Source: the human T2T-CHM13v2.0 reference genome, Homo sapiens. Taken from it: a DNA stretch of 64,000 nucleotides. The notes beneath the pieces were generated by a model. That model searched no databases. It was not told where the DNA came from and worked only from the letters and a program-made list of their open reading frames with translations. The stretch is taken from the NCBI RefSeq assembly GCF_009914755.1, contig NC_060929.1. The stretch is one strand, 5' to 3'. This document shows, piece after piece, positions 26,103 to 38,852 of the stretch (position 1 is its first letter; every line of letters begins with the position of its first letter). A program made the position numbers and the translations under genes.

Positions 26103-26637
26103 AATAGACTATTCTATTATTTACAAATTACATAAACTAAGTTGGAAATTTTGAGAAAGATTTAAATGCATTTGTGTCCTTTATGTAATCTTAAAAGTCA
26201 CTTCTTTGTAAATAAATTGTAAAGAAAGTCCGGATTTTTATAATTACAAGAGAAATAAATGCATTGCCATATTTAAATGATATTCTCATTTTTTAAATAA
26301 AAAATTTAAAGCTGGCAGCTATGTTTCACTTATTACTAACTGTCTTCTTAAGCATTTAGCATAGGGCAGAGTTGGGTAACACACATGAAGATAAACTTTA
26401 ACTCTTTAAGGATTTTTTTAAGGAGAATAAAATGGCAAAAAGATTGACAAATTATAAAAGACAAGAAGATTTCCATAAAGGTAACATGTGGTGCTATAAG
26501 ATGGAAAGAAAATTGTATATTTTTAAGTAAAGCGATCCACAATTACCTAGAAAGTTCAGGAAAAAGACTGAGATTATTTTAGTAACATTTTATTCAGTAG
26601 CTGTTTCCTGAAATATTCTTCATAATAGAAACAGCAC

Positions 26638-26642
<5 letters not shown>

Positions 26643-26674
<32 letters not shown>
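26643..26674. repeat. (AC)16 microsatellite
   Basis: Perfect run. Confidence 0.95.
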
Positions 26675-26676
<2 letters not shown>

Positions 26677-27071
26677 AGGACTGGCAAACGATAATGTCAA
26701 AAACTCCACAAATATCTGTGAATTCTGATTTACTTTTATGAAGTTTCTCAGTAAAATAACATTGAGAAATCTACCTAATCTTGTTTGAAGTCTAAGATAT
26801 CTGGTATTGGAACTGAACTTTTTTCATACAAAAGTTTTTGTTTGTTGGTTTTTCAGAAGACACTATATATTTGCAATACTAGGGAGTTCTTTAATTGATT
26901 CAATGATGTATTTATTGTTTCTATGTGTCAGGCACTGTGGTAGGATCTAGGGAGTTACAAATTATTAACTTTTAAAGTATTTATTGGAGCAATGGACAAA
27001 TCAGCCAACAATTACAATTTAATTTGAGTGCTATAAATACTATTATTACTATTAACAATAATACCAGCTAA

Positions 27072-28218
27072 AAACAGACAAATAGGATTACATCAAACTA
27101 AAAACTTCTGCACAGTAAAAGAAACAGCCAACAGAGTGAAAAGACAACTTATGGAATCGAAAAATGAATTTGTAAACCATACCTCTGATAAGGGGTTAAC
27201 ATTCAGAATATTTAAAACACTCAAACAATACAATTATAAGAAAACAAGTAATCTGATTTTAAAAATGGCCAAGGAAACGAAATAGACACTTTTAAAAAAG
27301 ATATACAAGTGGTCAACAGGTAGATTAAAAGAATGCTCAACATCACTAATTATCAGAAATTGCAAATCAAAACCACAAGAAGATACAACCTCACACCTGT
27401 TAGAATGACTATTATTAAACAGCAAAAGTTAACAAGTGTTGGCGAGGATGTGGAGAAACAGGATCCCTTGTACACCACTGATGAGAATGTAAATTAGTAC
27501 ATCCGTTATGGAAAACAGTATGGAGGTTCTTCAAAAACTTAAAAATAGAACTACCATATGATCCAGCAATCCCACTTCTAGATATATGTCCAAAGGATAT
27601 GAAATCAGTATGTTGGAGAGATAGCAGCACTCTTATGTTCATTGCAGTATTATTCACAATAGCCAAGATATGGAATCAACCTGTATCTATCAGTGGATGA
27701 AAAGATAAATAAAATGTGGTACATATACATAATAGAATACCATTCAGCCTTAAAAAAAAAAAGAAAATCCTGTCATTTGCAACAACATGGATGAACCTGG
27801 AGGACAATATGTTAAGTGAAATAAGCCAGGCACAGGAAAATAAATGCTGCATGATCTTACTTATATGTGGAGTGTAAAAACGTCAAACTCCTAGAAACAA
27901 AGAGTAAAATGGTAGTTACCAATGGGAGGGGGTGGTGGTGAGGGGTTGGGAGATGTTGATCAAAAGATATATTAATAATTTCAGTTAAATAAAAAAATTT
28001 CAAGAGATCTATTGTCCCTTATGGTGAATATAGATAATAACAATGTATTGTATAACTTAAAAATTACTGAGTAGATTTTAAGTGTTCTCATCCCCCAAAA
28101 ATAAGTATGTGAGGTAATGCATATGTTAATTAGCTTGATTCTGTCACTCCAAAATGTGTATGTATACATTAAAACATATGTTGTACACTATAAATACAGA
28201 CAATTTTTGTCAACTAAA
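27072..28218 (+). mobile_element. 5'-truncated L1MA (L1MA4-6-like) ORF2 end and 3'UTR
   Basis: ggattacatcaaactaaaaacttctgcacag...gatccagcaatcccacttct...gaggtaatgcatatgttaattagcttgatt. 18-bp TSD aa(c/t)aata(a/g)taccagctaa at 27054-27071 and 28219-28236. Confidence 0.92.
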
Positions 28219-28874
28219 AATAATAGTACCAGCTAATAGTAGTAGAACACTTGCTGTATGCTGGACTCTGTTCTAAGTATTTCGCATGTATTAATTAAGT
28301 TAATAATATAACACTGGCTGCTTCTGTAATGCAACAAGTCAATTGCTGTCTGATCCCTATGACACCAAAGAAGTTAGTGATTGTTCAGAGTCATAAAACA
28401 TAAATAATTCCTGGCCAATTCAAAGAAGCATTGAAGAAATAGTCTAAATAAAGGGAATAGCATTTGTAAATGCGTGGATGCATGGACCGTCCATTGAACT
28501 ACAGATAATTTAGTATATTTGGAGCATTGGGAATATGAAATAGTGGTAGGAGGAAAGGATGAAAAAATTCAGCAATTGTATCTTGAGGAACTAATATTTT
28601 ATGCTGATGAAGTTGGAGTAGACAGAAAGTGAAGGGAAACTATTTAACAATTTAAAGCATGGTATTTACATAATCAGAATATTGTATTTTAGAACGACTA
28701 TTCCAGTGGTCATTCCAGTTGGTATAGAGAATGAATTAGGAAGGAAAAGTTAGAGTTAGAGAGTTAAGAGACTATTGTAATAGTAAAAGCAGGAGCTAAT
28801 AGCCTGGACATAAAGCGGTAGAGAGGGGATGGAGACAGTCAATAAAGTCCATAGATATTAAGAAGTAAAATAGA

Positions 28875-29040
28875 GGCCAGGCATGGTGGCTCATGCCTTT
28901 AGTTCCAGCTCCCTTCTGGAGGTTGAGGCAGTAGGATGGCATAAGCCCAAAAGGTCAAGGCTGCAGTGAGCTGTGATCATACCACTGCACTCCAGCCTGG
29001 GTGGCAGAGCAAGGTCCTGTTTCAAAAAACTAAGAAAAAA
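28875..29040 (+). mobile_element. FRAM-type free Alu monomer
   Basis: Single right-arm-type monomer with an A tail and a perfect 12-bp TSD aagtaaaataga (28863-28874, 29041-29052). Confidence 0.88.
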
Positions 29041-29085
29041 AAGTAAAATAGAAAAGGAATGCTAATCAATTTTGTGGTGAGAAAT

Positions 29086-29516
29086 TCTGATGGTTGATTT
29101 TATGTGTCCCCTTGTCTAGGTTAAGGTACCGAGATATTTGGTCAAACATTATGTTAGATGTTTCTGTTAAGGTAGTTCTTAGGTGAGATTAAAATTTAAA
29201 TCAACAGATTTTTAGTAGAGCAGATTACCCTGCTTACATTATGAGGTTACTTAGGTTGCATAATGTGGATGGGCATCATCCAATGAACTGAGGGCCTTAA
29301 TAGAAAAAGACTGACCTCCCTGGAAGAAGAGGGAATACTGCCAGCAAGCCTTTGAACCTGAATTGCAATGCTTCCCCGGGTCTCCAGCCTGCTGGCCTAC
29401 TCTGAAGACTTTGGACTTGTCAGGATTTCCCAATCATGTGAGCAAATTCCTTAAAATAAATCTTTCTCTTTATATATTCTGTTGGTCCTGTTTCTCTGGA
29501 GAAGCTTGACTAACAT
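29086..29516 (+). mobile_element. MLT2C/D-type ERVL solo LTR
   Basis: tgatggttgattttatgtgtc...atatttggtcaaacattat...gcagattaccct...ctgtttctctggagaagcttgactaa. Confidence 0.85.
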
Positions 29517-31504
29517 GGAGGGTAATTGAAAAGGAAGAGTCTAGGATTATGCCTGCAATGGATAGTTGTCGGGGCCATTCACAGGCATTGGAAACACAAA
29601 AGGAAAGATGGGAGGATATAAAGAATTTAGTAAATCAGATGTCTGACCCACATACAAATGGAGAGGATTAGTGGAAATTTTATAAGGCTAAAAGTCAAGC
29701 AAGAAATCTGGGATAGATATTCCACTCTGGGAGAGGGTTTCTGTATTTGGAAAAAACCCATTCAAGAAAAACAGCAGCATAAAGATAAGAATAGAAACCT
29801 GGGATAAAGTAAGAGAATGAGGAGACTAGCAAAAACCTTTTAGGGTTGAAAATAAAAAACTGGGACAGAGTAGAATCACAGAAGTCAAGAGAAAGAGAAT
29901 TTTAAGAAAGGATGAGTCAAATGCTACCAGACTACATAATTTTGAAATTAGAAGGAAATCAGTGCCCTTGGGATGAAGAGTTTTCAAGACCTATAGATTT
30001 AAGATCGACAAAAGCCAAACAGCACTTACTACAGTAGTGTTCAGAAAAGCAAGACACATTTTTATCTATCTCATAGCCAGATTTGTAATGAAATTAGGAA
30101 GGATATTTTCACTTAGCATACACATATTGATTTGATGTGCAGCACAACTTTGAGGCTGAGAGAGTTCAGGAAACTCACCATCTTCCCTTGTGACAAAATG
30201 GCATATCCAGAATTTGAACTTGTGTTCAGTGCTCCATAAGAGAGTCATAATACATTTATTTGCTGTAAAAAAGCAAGACAAGTAGCCACATATAGCAATA
30301 GCTGAGAAGGGAAGAGAAAGAGACACAGGGAAACAAATAGGAATAAATAATCTTACACACAAACTTGCACTTATTTATAAGAAAAGAAACAATATAAAGT
30401 ATCTTAGACTGGGAAGAGAAGTTGTTAGCTGGCCACATGGAAAATACAACAGAAGGATTTCCACAGTGGTCATTATTCGGGAAAATGCCTAAGTATAAGA
30501 TGAATGATTGTTTGGGAAATATTGGTTTATTAAGAATCTGTGCCTTTAGGTGACTCAGAGAAGGAAATTCAAATTTCTCAAGTGGGGCTTCAGAATTCTG
30601 CATCAGTACTACTTTGAGTTATTTAAAATAATTATTCGGCTGCAAGTCAGAACTTTTGACTCTAAATATGTGGGAATGAAGATCTGCTTTAAAAAACTCA
30701 TATATAGGAGTTATTTATATTTTATATGTAGACACTCAAATAAAGCATCAGTGCGTTTAAGGGAGGATGAATGAGTATAAATGCACTCTACATGTTCTAG
30801 AAATTAGATGCATTAAAATGCATGTCAGCATTTCTCTAATAAATAAAAAAATTAAAAGTATGTGTTTATATAATTGTATTTTTTCAATTCTGTTCTACAC
30901 CTATTGTTTTTATAATAAATTCCCACCTAAATCTGAAAGAGTGGTAGAATTTTCTAATTCTTTTGAAAATCAGCTGTAAACTTCTTCTAGAGTACTTATA
31001 TTGTAACAAAGTTCAAGAGTTGGCTACAATAATTTTTAGCCTCTACAATTTTGCAGGTTACCATTCATTAGCAAAGGTAGGAAAAGATATTGTCCAAAAT
31101 TTAACAACAAAGAAATTATACCAATCAAGTATCCTTTAAAATATTATATAATTTATGTATTTGATATGCTTGTTTGCTTATTAATAATTTACAGAGTAGT
31201 AAATCAAAAATGAGATCTTAAGCATTTAGAAAAAGAACGTATGAGACAAAATAATGGGTGCCTACAAAAACAAACTCTAATGCTTTTATATTCTTAATGA
31301 AAAATATTGCTTGTAGGTATTAACATATAAATGCCTGTTCTCCACACCCAAGTTCACATTGTCAACACAATTATCTAGTAGGTATATGCATTATTTCAAC
31401 ATACTTTTAGAGAATATAAATTCTCCAGTTTTAAAAATTCAATTATCTTAGATATTAACCGACTTATATGTAAATATAGTTGAATGACTTTTGCTGCTCA
31501 GGTT

Positions 31505-31600
31505 TTTAATTATTTTTGTTATTTTATTAAATTATTATTTTAAATTATTTTATTTAAATTATTTTATTAAATTATTAAAATAATTTTTGTTATTTTATTT
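31505..31600. repeat. AT-only low-complexity tract
   Basis: About 95 bp of tta/aaatt units with only two G. ttattttattaaattatt occurs twice. Confidence 0.8.
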
Positions 31601-33321
31601 CACTAAATAATGTAAACTAAATAAATGATATAAGCTACAGATATGCTTAATCTCTACTTCCATTAATAATTTTACTTTTATATCTATCCCAGCATTATTA
31701 GACCTCTCCATACTAGTAGAACGGTTAGTTAAGACAATCCAGAAAGGAGAAAGAAAACACAAATGCATGAACTTTAAACTTTTTTAATTGAGTATTTTGT
31801 ATTAAATGAATATTTTGTAATTTTACAGGATGTTTTCCTGTAAAATTAAATATGTAAGCCAAAACCCAAATTATTTCTTCATGCGTTTTTTTTTTTTTTT
31901 GCTCAACCTCTAACAGTTATTCCAATAATTTATTCCTTCTGAGGTAAAAACTTCTGTATTTTGGGAAGTCAGCTAAATTAAGTAACTATGTTTGTGTGTG
32001 ACTGTGTGTGTAATTTCAATTATAAATTTACAGATTATATGACTTCTATGTGAATATAGATGAAGTTCCTCATATATCATTGTATTCAGCTCATATTGTT
32101 TAAATTTAACAAAATTTAACCCTGAATACTTGTTTTTGTAATTATACTTCAATCTGTGCACAGCATTTCTTGCCATAGAAAAATTATAGGCTTCTAGGTT
32201 GTGAGAGTGGATCATTGATTACAAGCAACAAGATGGAAAAATGAGTGGAAGTAATTAATTTTACAGATAATTGTGAAGTAATTTATTTCAACAAGCACTT
32301 TGTTTTCTTTAAAACTGCTATATAATGCAGCAGATTTAGTAATTTATTGCTTCATATTAATAACAACCACTATTTTCAATACAAACACTTCAGAAAATTG
32401 CCCTTATTGGAGAAAACAGACATTGCATTTTATTTCCCAATAGCTTTCTAAGTGACAATAGGAAAGACACACCATTACATACCATTTCCTAACGCTAAAA
32501 ATCATAAAGCAAAAATGTTTTTTCTTTCAGGCCTACACGGAAAACATAAAACTTTCCTTTTAAAATAAGAATCTCATGACCAGTCCTTTAGTCTTCAAAT
32601 GACCAGGTGTTTTATGACAAAGATTTCCAAAGGTTCTTAGTTTTCAAATTTCTATCAATTTCCTCTTAATATAAAACTCATGCTATCTTTGATTTTTTTC
32701 TCGCAGAAATCCCAAATACTTGGATATTCTCTTCTCTTTGAATATATTTCATAACTGTTGTTATGGTAAATCCAAATTTACTTTGCTTAATCTAGTTATC
32801 TATCCATAAAAGTCTTCCAAGTATTCAGTTCTAAAAACAGCCTTTTATTTTTCTTCTCCACTGACTCATATTTTAAGCAAATTGCCTATTACTCATGCTT
32901 TGAAGAGAATGTTTTTAGTTTGCTACTTTACTTTTTCCTTAGGGGAAAAGAAACATTTTTCATGTTCTAAATTCTTAATTTAAATTAAGACTTTTTGGGG
33001 GTGGGGTGGGGGACTTGTTTATATTGACCATTTCACTCCATGTGTTTCAGGGTTTCACAGAAAAGCCATAGCAACTAGGGGACTCTAGTATACATACTGC
33101 CACTTAGCCAATGGTTTAGAAATTTTCACAAGATTAGATTTAAAGGAAATATTAATATATTGAGTTTCATTAAATTTCTTCAACACAATGTGATACTGTC
33201 ACATAAAATTTGAAACTTATGTAACTTTTAAAAAAAGTTACCCTTTTGTGAGTTTTTGGAGTTGTGCTTTTAGATAAAATTGAATAAAATCACACAAGGA
33301 GCAAACTTAATGCTATTGTAA

Positions 33322-33339
33322 TGCCTCTAGAGGGCAGTA
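33322..33339 (+). promoter_or_regulatory. Candidate CTCF site
   Basis: tgCCTCTAGAGGGCAGta fits the core CCNCYAGRKGGCRS and lies in unique sequence. Confidence 0.55.
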
Positions 33340-33960
33340 TTAAATTATTTGAGATTATAACTTAGACTTTTTCTCAAGCAAGTCACTCAATATTTGAAGA
33401 GGTGACAATGAAAATGGAAGAGGGTAATGTTCTTTTTGTAATCTTATTCATGGATGCAAATGGCTGTGAAATCCAAGTCCTCACACTTGAATCAACAAGT
33501 GTTGTGGGAAGAGGATTTTTTTAATTGAGCTTCTTATCTGCTCTCCTGAGAAAGAGCTTATTTTCTCCCACTACTAAGGTCTCTGGACTTTTATTGGCAC
33601 ACTCAAACTACATGATGCTTAGAGAGTGAAAGCAAGTACCTGTTTTCCAATAAGGACTCTTTCCCTGCAGACCACTGTAAGAGCCACACTTTTGGTCGGA
33701 TCACATTATGTTCACATTTGTGATTTGAATTGCGGATTTTGAAATATTCAAATATATTAATTGTTTCAATAATCTTCCAAATTGTATCAGCTGCAAGTAT
33801 AATTTTTATCCTATGAGGACTCTTTTTCTCACTACATAGAGATGTAACATTTTTCAGATGGTTTCTTAGCTCTCCAATACAATAAAAAGAACACGTAAAT
33901 ATAGGGGATAATGAAATCCTTACTAACAGGTGTCAGTTAACTTTAGCCCTTTTCTCGCAG

Positions 33961-34005
33961 AAACCACGCTTCATCCCTGAAGTACGAGAGACTCCTGAGA
34001 CAAGG
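33961..34005 (+). other. Candidate 45-nt internal exon
   Basis: TACTAAC at 33921-33927, pyrimidine tract cccttttctcgCAG, then 45 nt, then G|GTGAAT donor. Confidence 0.3.
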
Positions 34006-35834
34006 GTGAATTATTTGCCCTGTTCAAATAGATAACTATAATTTACAGTTTTTCATTTCAGTTATTTTCTTTGTAGATGTATCTTTCCAAAGTTATAAAG
34101 TCAATTTGATTTTTCCTGAATAATCATGTTACACCCTGAGGTGATGAAAGAAGATTCGAGAACCCAGCTGCTTTCCTGTATTCAAAACTGGTTGAAAGCA
34201 CGAAGGTTTATTCTTCTTCTTGTTTATATAAAAGGTAGGATCAGCGTGACTGCTTTACTCATTCTTTTGACATTCTCTTTGGGAGTGTAGAATATATTTT
34301 CTTTTATACAATATGCTTCCAAACTGAATACAGAATCTGAAGGATGGTTTTACATTTCTTCCAATAATTTTTGTGAAAGAAATATTAAATATGCCCTTTA
34401 AATTTGTAGCAGCCATGCTTAATTTAAAACTAAGTACATAGGAATTGTTGATTTTGGAAAAAAAACTTATTTGTTAAGATAGCTTATATACTTTATCTTC
34501 TTAGTACTCTATTTGTACAATATTGTAAATATTTTATGAAACCTTACAGTATCTATGTGAGAGGTATAAAGCATTATTCCTGCTTTTAAATGGAAAACAT
34601 TGAATTCTAGAGTCGAAAGTGACTTCTGTAAGGTTACATATAGATCAACATTGGCATGCATAAGAAAAAAGTTTTCTAATTTCTGTTGAAAACGTCTTAT
34701 TTGAAATAAATCCTTTCTGCATCAGAAAACAGCCATCCTCTAAAAGTAAAGGAAAAAAAGCTATTTGTTTCCAACTTTCTCTTAACACCTGGAGTCTCCT
34801 CAGAAGGCAGATCTCCACTCCTCGAGTGCTACACCCTTGTCTGCCCCTCTTGCCAGCCAGTGGTACAGAATATACCAAACTGCAGATATTTCTGCTGTAA
34901 ATGCACTGATAGTTTTGCTTCAGAGTGCAGCCACTGTGGACATAAGAGAATGATCGGTCAATAAACTCAGGGGTCTTCTGATATTTTTAATACACTTGGA
35001 TACAATTGGCATTAGCATTCCAGGAAAGTCCCTGATTTGGAACGTATCGCTAATATCTCCCACTGGCCCCTGTGGCATAAGGGATACCGTGATGTACGTT
35101 GTTTCAAACATTGGACATTCACACCTGGTGGGAGTACCCTGGATTTATCAGTGGTTCTGCTCCTCGCATACGCCTGTACATACACTAGTTTGTGAAACTC
35201 TTGGAGGCCGCATGGCTTGTGATACACGTGGAGGTCCAGCAAACTCAAAGAACTCCGTTCTCCAAACTCAAAGAACTCCATACAATCACTGTAACCATTT
35301 ACTGGCCAATCTCTTAACCTGTTTTTCAACCCCTAGATTCTCTCTTTCTACCCTAATACATCCCACCTTCTGCCTCTGCTGTTCAAAATGTGTCCAGACG
35401 CAGCATCCCAAGCCCCCTATAATCTCATCCCTTCTACTTAATATTCAGGTAAATATCCGTTTCTCATGCAATATCTACCATCAAAACAAATCGAGTCATG
35501 GGTATGCCAAAAACTTCCAACACTCTTTGTTCAACCCAACCCTTGCTTCAGAGTTCTAGACTTGAATATATCCAGTAGTCCCTTTGCATCAGTATTTAGA
35601 TGCGCCATAGAAAAACTGACCTCATCCGGAATGTAATTCATCATCTCCATACACAAACCTATTTTTCTTCCTGTGCTTCCAATCACAGTGAAGAGCATCA
35701 CAATTCAGCAGTTGCCCAAACCTGGAACTGCTGCTTTCTTCATCCGTAACTTCTGATTATTCCTGAAATCCTAAATATCTCTTGAATCCTTTCACTTTTC
35801 TCATCTTTCTGAGTCTGGCTCACCATCATCTCTT

Positions 35835-36145
35835 GAAATGACTCAGAAACAGAAAGCCACAAACTGCACGTTCTCACTTACAAATAGGAGCTAAGCAATG
35901 GGTACACATGGACATACAGTGTGTAATCATAGACCCTGGAGACACCAACAGGTGGGAGGGTGGCAAGGGGGTGAGGAATGAACTACTACCTGTTGGGCAC
36001 AATGTAGATGATTTAGTGTATACTACTTAGGGTACACTAAAAGCCCAGACTTCACCACTGCATAATATCCATGTAATACAGCTGCACTTGTACCCCCTCA
36101 ATCTATTTTAAAAAATTAGAAAAATAAAAATAAATAAATAATAAA
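35835..36145 (+). mobile_element. L1PB4/L1PA16-like 3' end
   Basis: gaaatgactcagaaacagaaag...gttctcactta...gtacactaaaagcccagacttcaccact...ctgcacttgtacccc, then an A-rich tail. Confidence 0.85.
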
Positions 36146-36539
36146 ATACTACAGCATTTCTCATAATGGAATCAAAATAACTAAAACAAAATTTCTTCAC
36201 TTGAAACTCAAATGATTCATTTTTCTTTCAGGGTGAAGTCCATATCAATTATATGGTTTTCAAGATCCTGCATTATCTATGGTTTATTCAACCAACCACA
36301 ATCTTGGCTTTCCTAAGATTGGCACCAATCATGAAAAAAATCCATTTTTCCCTACAGGAAAACAATTCTTACCTCGATTTCTAAATGTGAGGGAATTCAT
36401 GGCTCTGAATTGTGGTAATCAAGTATTCTCAATTTGTTACAGACAGTTGCCTTATCTTATATTAATATTTCCAAATATTCATTCAGACACTTCTCCATGT
36501 GGATCACTTCTCTCAAGCACATACTATTCTAAACAGCCA

Positions 36540-36840
36540 ACTTGCTGTTTAACTCTTCCTCAAGCATCAGGCTTTAGCTTAGGTACAAATTTTTATAGGA
36601 TGCCTACCCTACAAGGTAGGTATGTGGGGTCCTACCTGCGTGTGCACATAGCATCCTGCATTTCCTCCATCGAATGGTTATTATATCTTGATTTCCTATT
36701 CACTTAATTGTATTGTCTACTAGACTCTTAGCTCCATGAGGGCAGGGGCTCTTTCTCTCTTGTTCACACATCTGTACTCAGTTCTGGATAGTGCTTAGAA
36801 CCATTAGATGCTCAATTAACATTAGTTAAGTGAATTAATG
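36540..36840 (+). mobile_element. L2 3' end
   Basis: ctagactcttagctccatgagggcagggg...ttgttcac...gatgctcaattaacattagttaagtgaattaatg. Confidence 0.75.
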
Positions 36841-36929
36841 TAGCAAATATATGTTAGAGTTCTAAGCCTTATGTCATATTGTTCCTTTTTTGGGAAAGCC
36901 CACATTTTTGTTTATATTTTTGTATTAAA

Positions 36930-37570
36930 TATTATTTATTTACAAATAATCTCAAATATACAGAAAAGTTGAAAGAACAGTGTAAAGAATTTCTTTTCCT
37001 GAACTATTTGAGACTACATTGCCAAATTGTTGCCTCATGATCCCTTAATCTCTTTGGGCTGCTGTAACAAAATACCTTAGACTGAGAAATTTACAAACAC
37101 AGAAATTAATTGCTCAAAATTCTGAAGCCTGGGAAGTTCCAGATTAGGTGCAGCTCTTTCAGTGTCTGGTGAGGGTCCATTCCTCATAGAAAGTGCCTTC
37201 TATGCGTCCTCCTATGGTGGAAGGGCAAGGAGACTCCTCCTCCAAGTTTCTTTTAGAAGGGCATTAATTCCATTCCTGAGGGCTTCACTCTCATGACCTA
37301 ATCATCTTTTAAATGATGATTTTAACCCTGCCTCTTAATATCATCCCAGGGTGGCTTAGGTTTCAGTAAATGAATTCACAGGGTGGGGAGGGGACACAAA
37401 AATATTCAGACCATAGTAACTCATAATACTTTTAACATGTGTTTTCTAAATGTTTTCTAAAACACATGGACATTCGCCTATATAACCAACATGGAACCAC
37501 TGAAATTAGAAAATACAAGATAAGTGACTACTAATTTTCAGACCCTTTTCAATTCTTGTCAAATGTACCA
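36930..37570 (-). mobile_element. L1MC 3' fragment split by an MST/MLT1A LTR
   Basis: aaataatctcaaatatacagaaaagttg...cctgaactatttgaga on the left; taatactttt...ggacattc..ctatataacca on the right. Confidence 0.55.
37041..37418 (-). mobile_element. MSTD/MLT1A-type MaLR solo LTR
   Basis: Antisense: tttgggctgctgtaacaaaatacc.tagactg...gtgtctggtgaggg...ctcatgacctaatca...attcagaccatagta. Confidence 0.82.
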
Positions 37571-37842
37571 ATACATCCTGATCCATACATGGAAATGGCA
37601 GGTCTGTTGGATGGAAGAAATGAATTAACCAATCCCTGAGCTACCTTAACTCATGACTTTTTCTAACATACATAATACATTTTTATATTGTTAGAGCCAT
37701 TTTGAATTGACTTTTTAAATATTTGCAAATAAAGGCAATCTCATTGTTAAATAATATTTAAACAGTTGTATGTTGTTATTTTATGCATTTTGGTCGTGTA
37801 TCTCCATTTAAAATTTTAAATCCTGAAACATATGGACCATAA

Positions 37843-38233
<391 letters not shown>

Positions 38234-38852
38234 TCATTAATTATATTCTCCTTTAAACCTCATTACATTGTTCATTTTTTTCTCTTAAATTTGAAAGGTA
38301 AATATTTTATATACTTCCATGACCATGAAAGAATCATCTAGAAATAAGACTATCAGAGCACACCATTTTAAGAGCAGAAATGTTTTTGTTAAAGAAATGT
38401 ATTGCAAGTTTTCTTTTCTCTTACTTTAGTATAAGAGTATAAAATGTCAGATTTGAAAAGGATCTTATAGATGATCTAGCCAAATTCCATTTTAAAGAAT
38501 TATATTCCATGGCTCAGGAAGAATTTATGGTTTTAGTAATTTTTTCACCAATCTATAGTTAGCCCTTCAAAGTTGTCCTATATACAGTAGTCCAAAGTAT
38601 TTGAAAACCCACAGCCTTGACTACTACATCATGCTCTTCTGAATGATCTTTTTGATCAAGTACAAACTGTTACTTGAAAAACATCTACACCTATTTAACA
38701 TTTTGACTCAAATTTCTTCTTTGCTCCCAATAGTATGCTAACATACTTTATGTTATAATGAATTATTTAGCAAAATATATTATCTTTTTCCTTGTGTCGT
38801 CATGCTTCTCCTATCAAGCAATCTATTGTCTATAAAATATGAGATAAAATAT

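Larger units (their letters stand above)
28400..29990 (-). mobile_element. L2 fragments interrupted by FRAM and MLT2
   Basis: Purine-rich L2-like phrases (ttttagaacgactattcc...gagttaagagactattgtaatagt; gaatttcaagaaagga-like) on both sides of the younger inserts. Confidence 0.55.

Noticed and set aside
34996-35559. 187-aa plus-strand ORF; also considered as an endogenous bornavirus-like element
   Set aside because: Non-ATG start, and no similarity I can recognise to cellular proteins or to bornavirus N or G.
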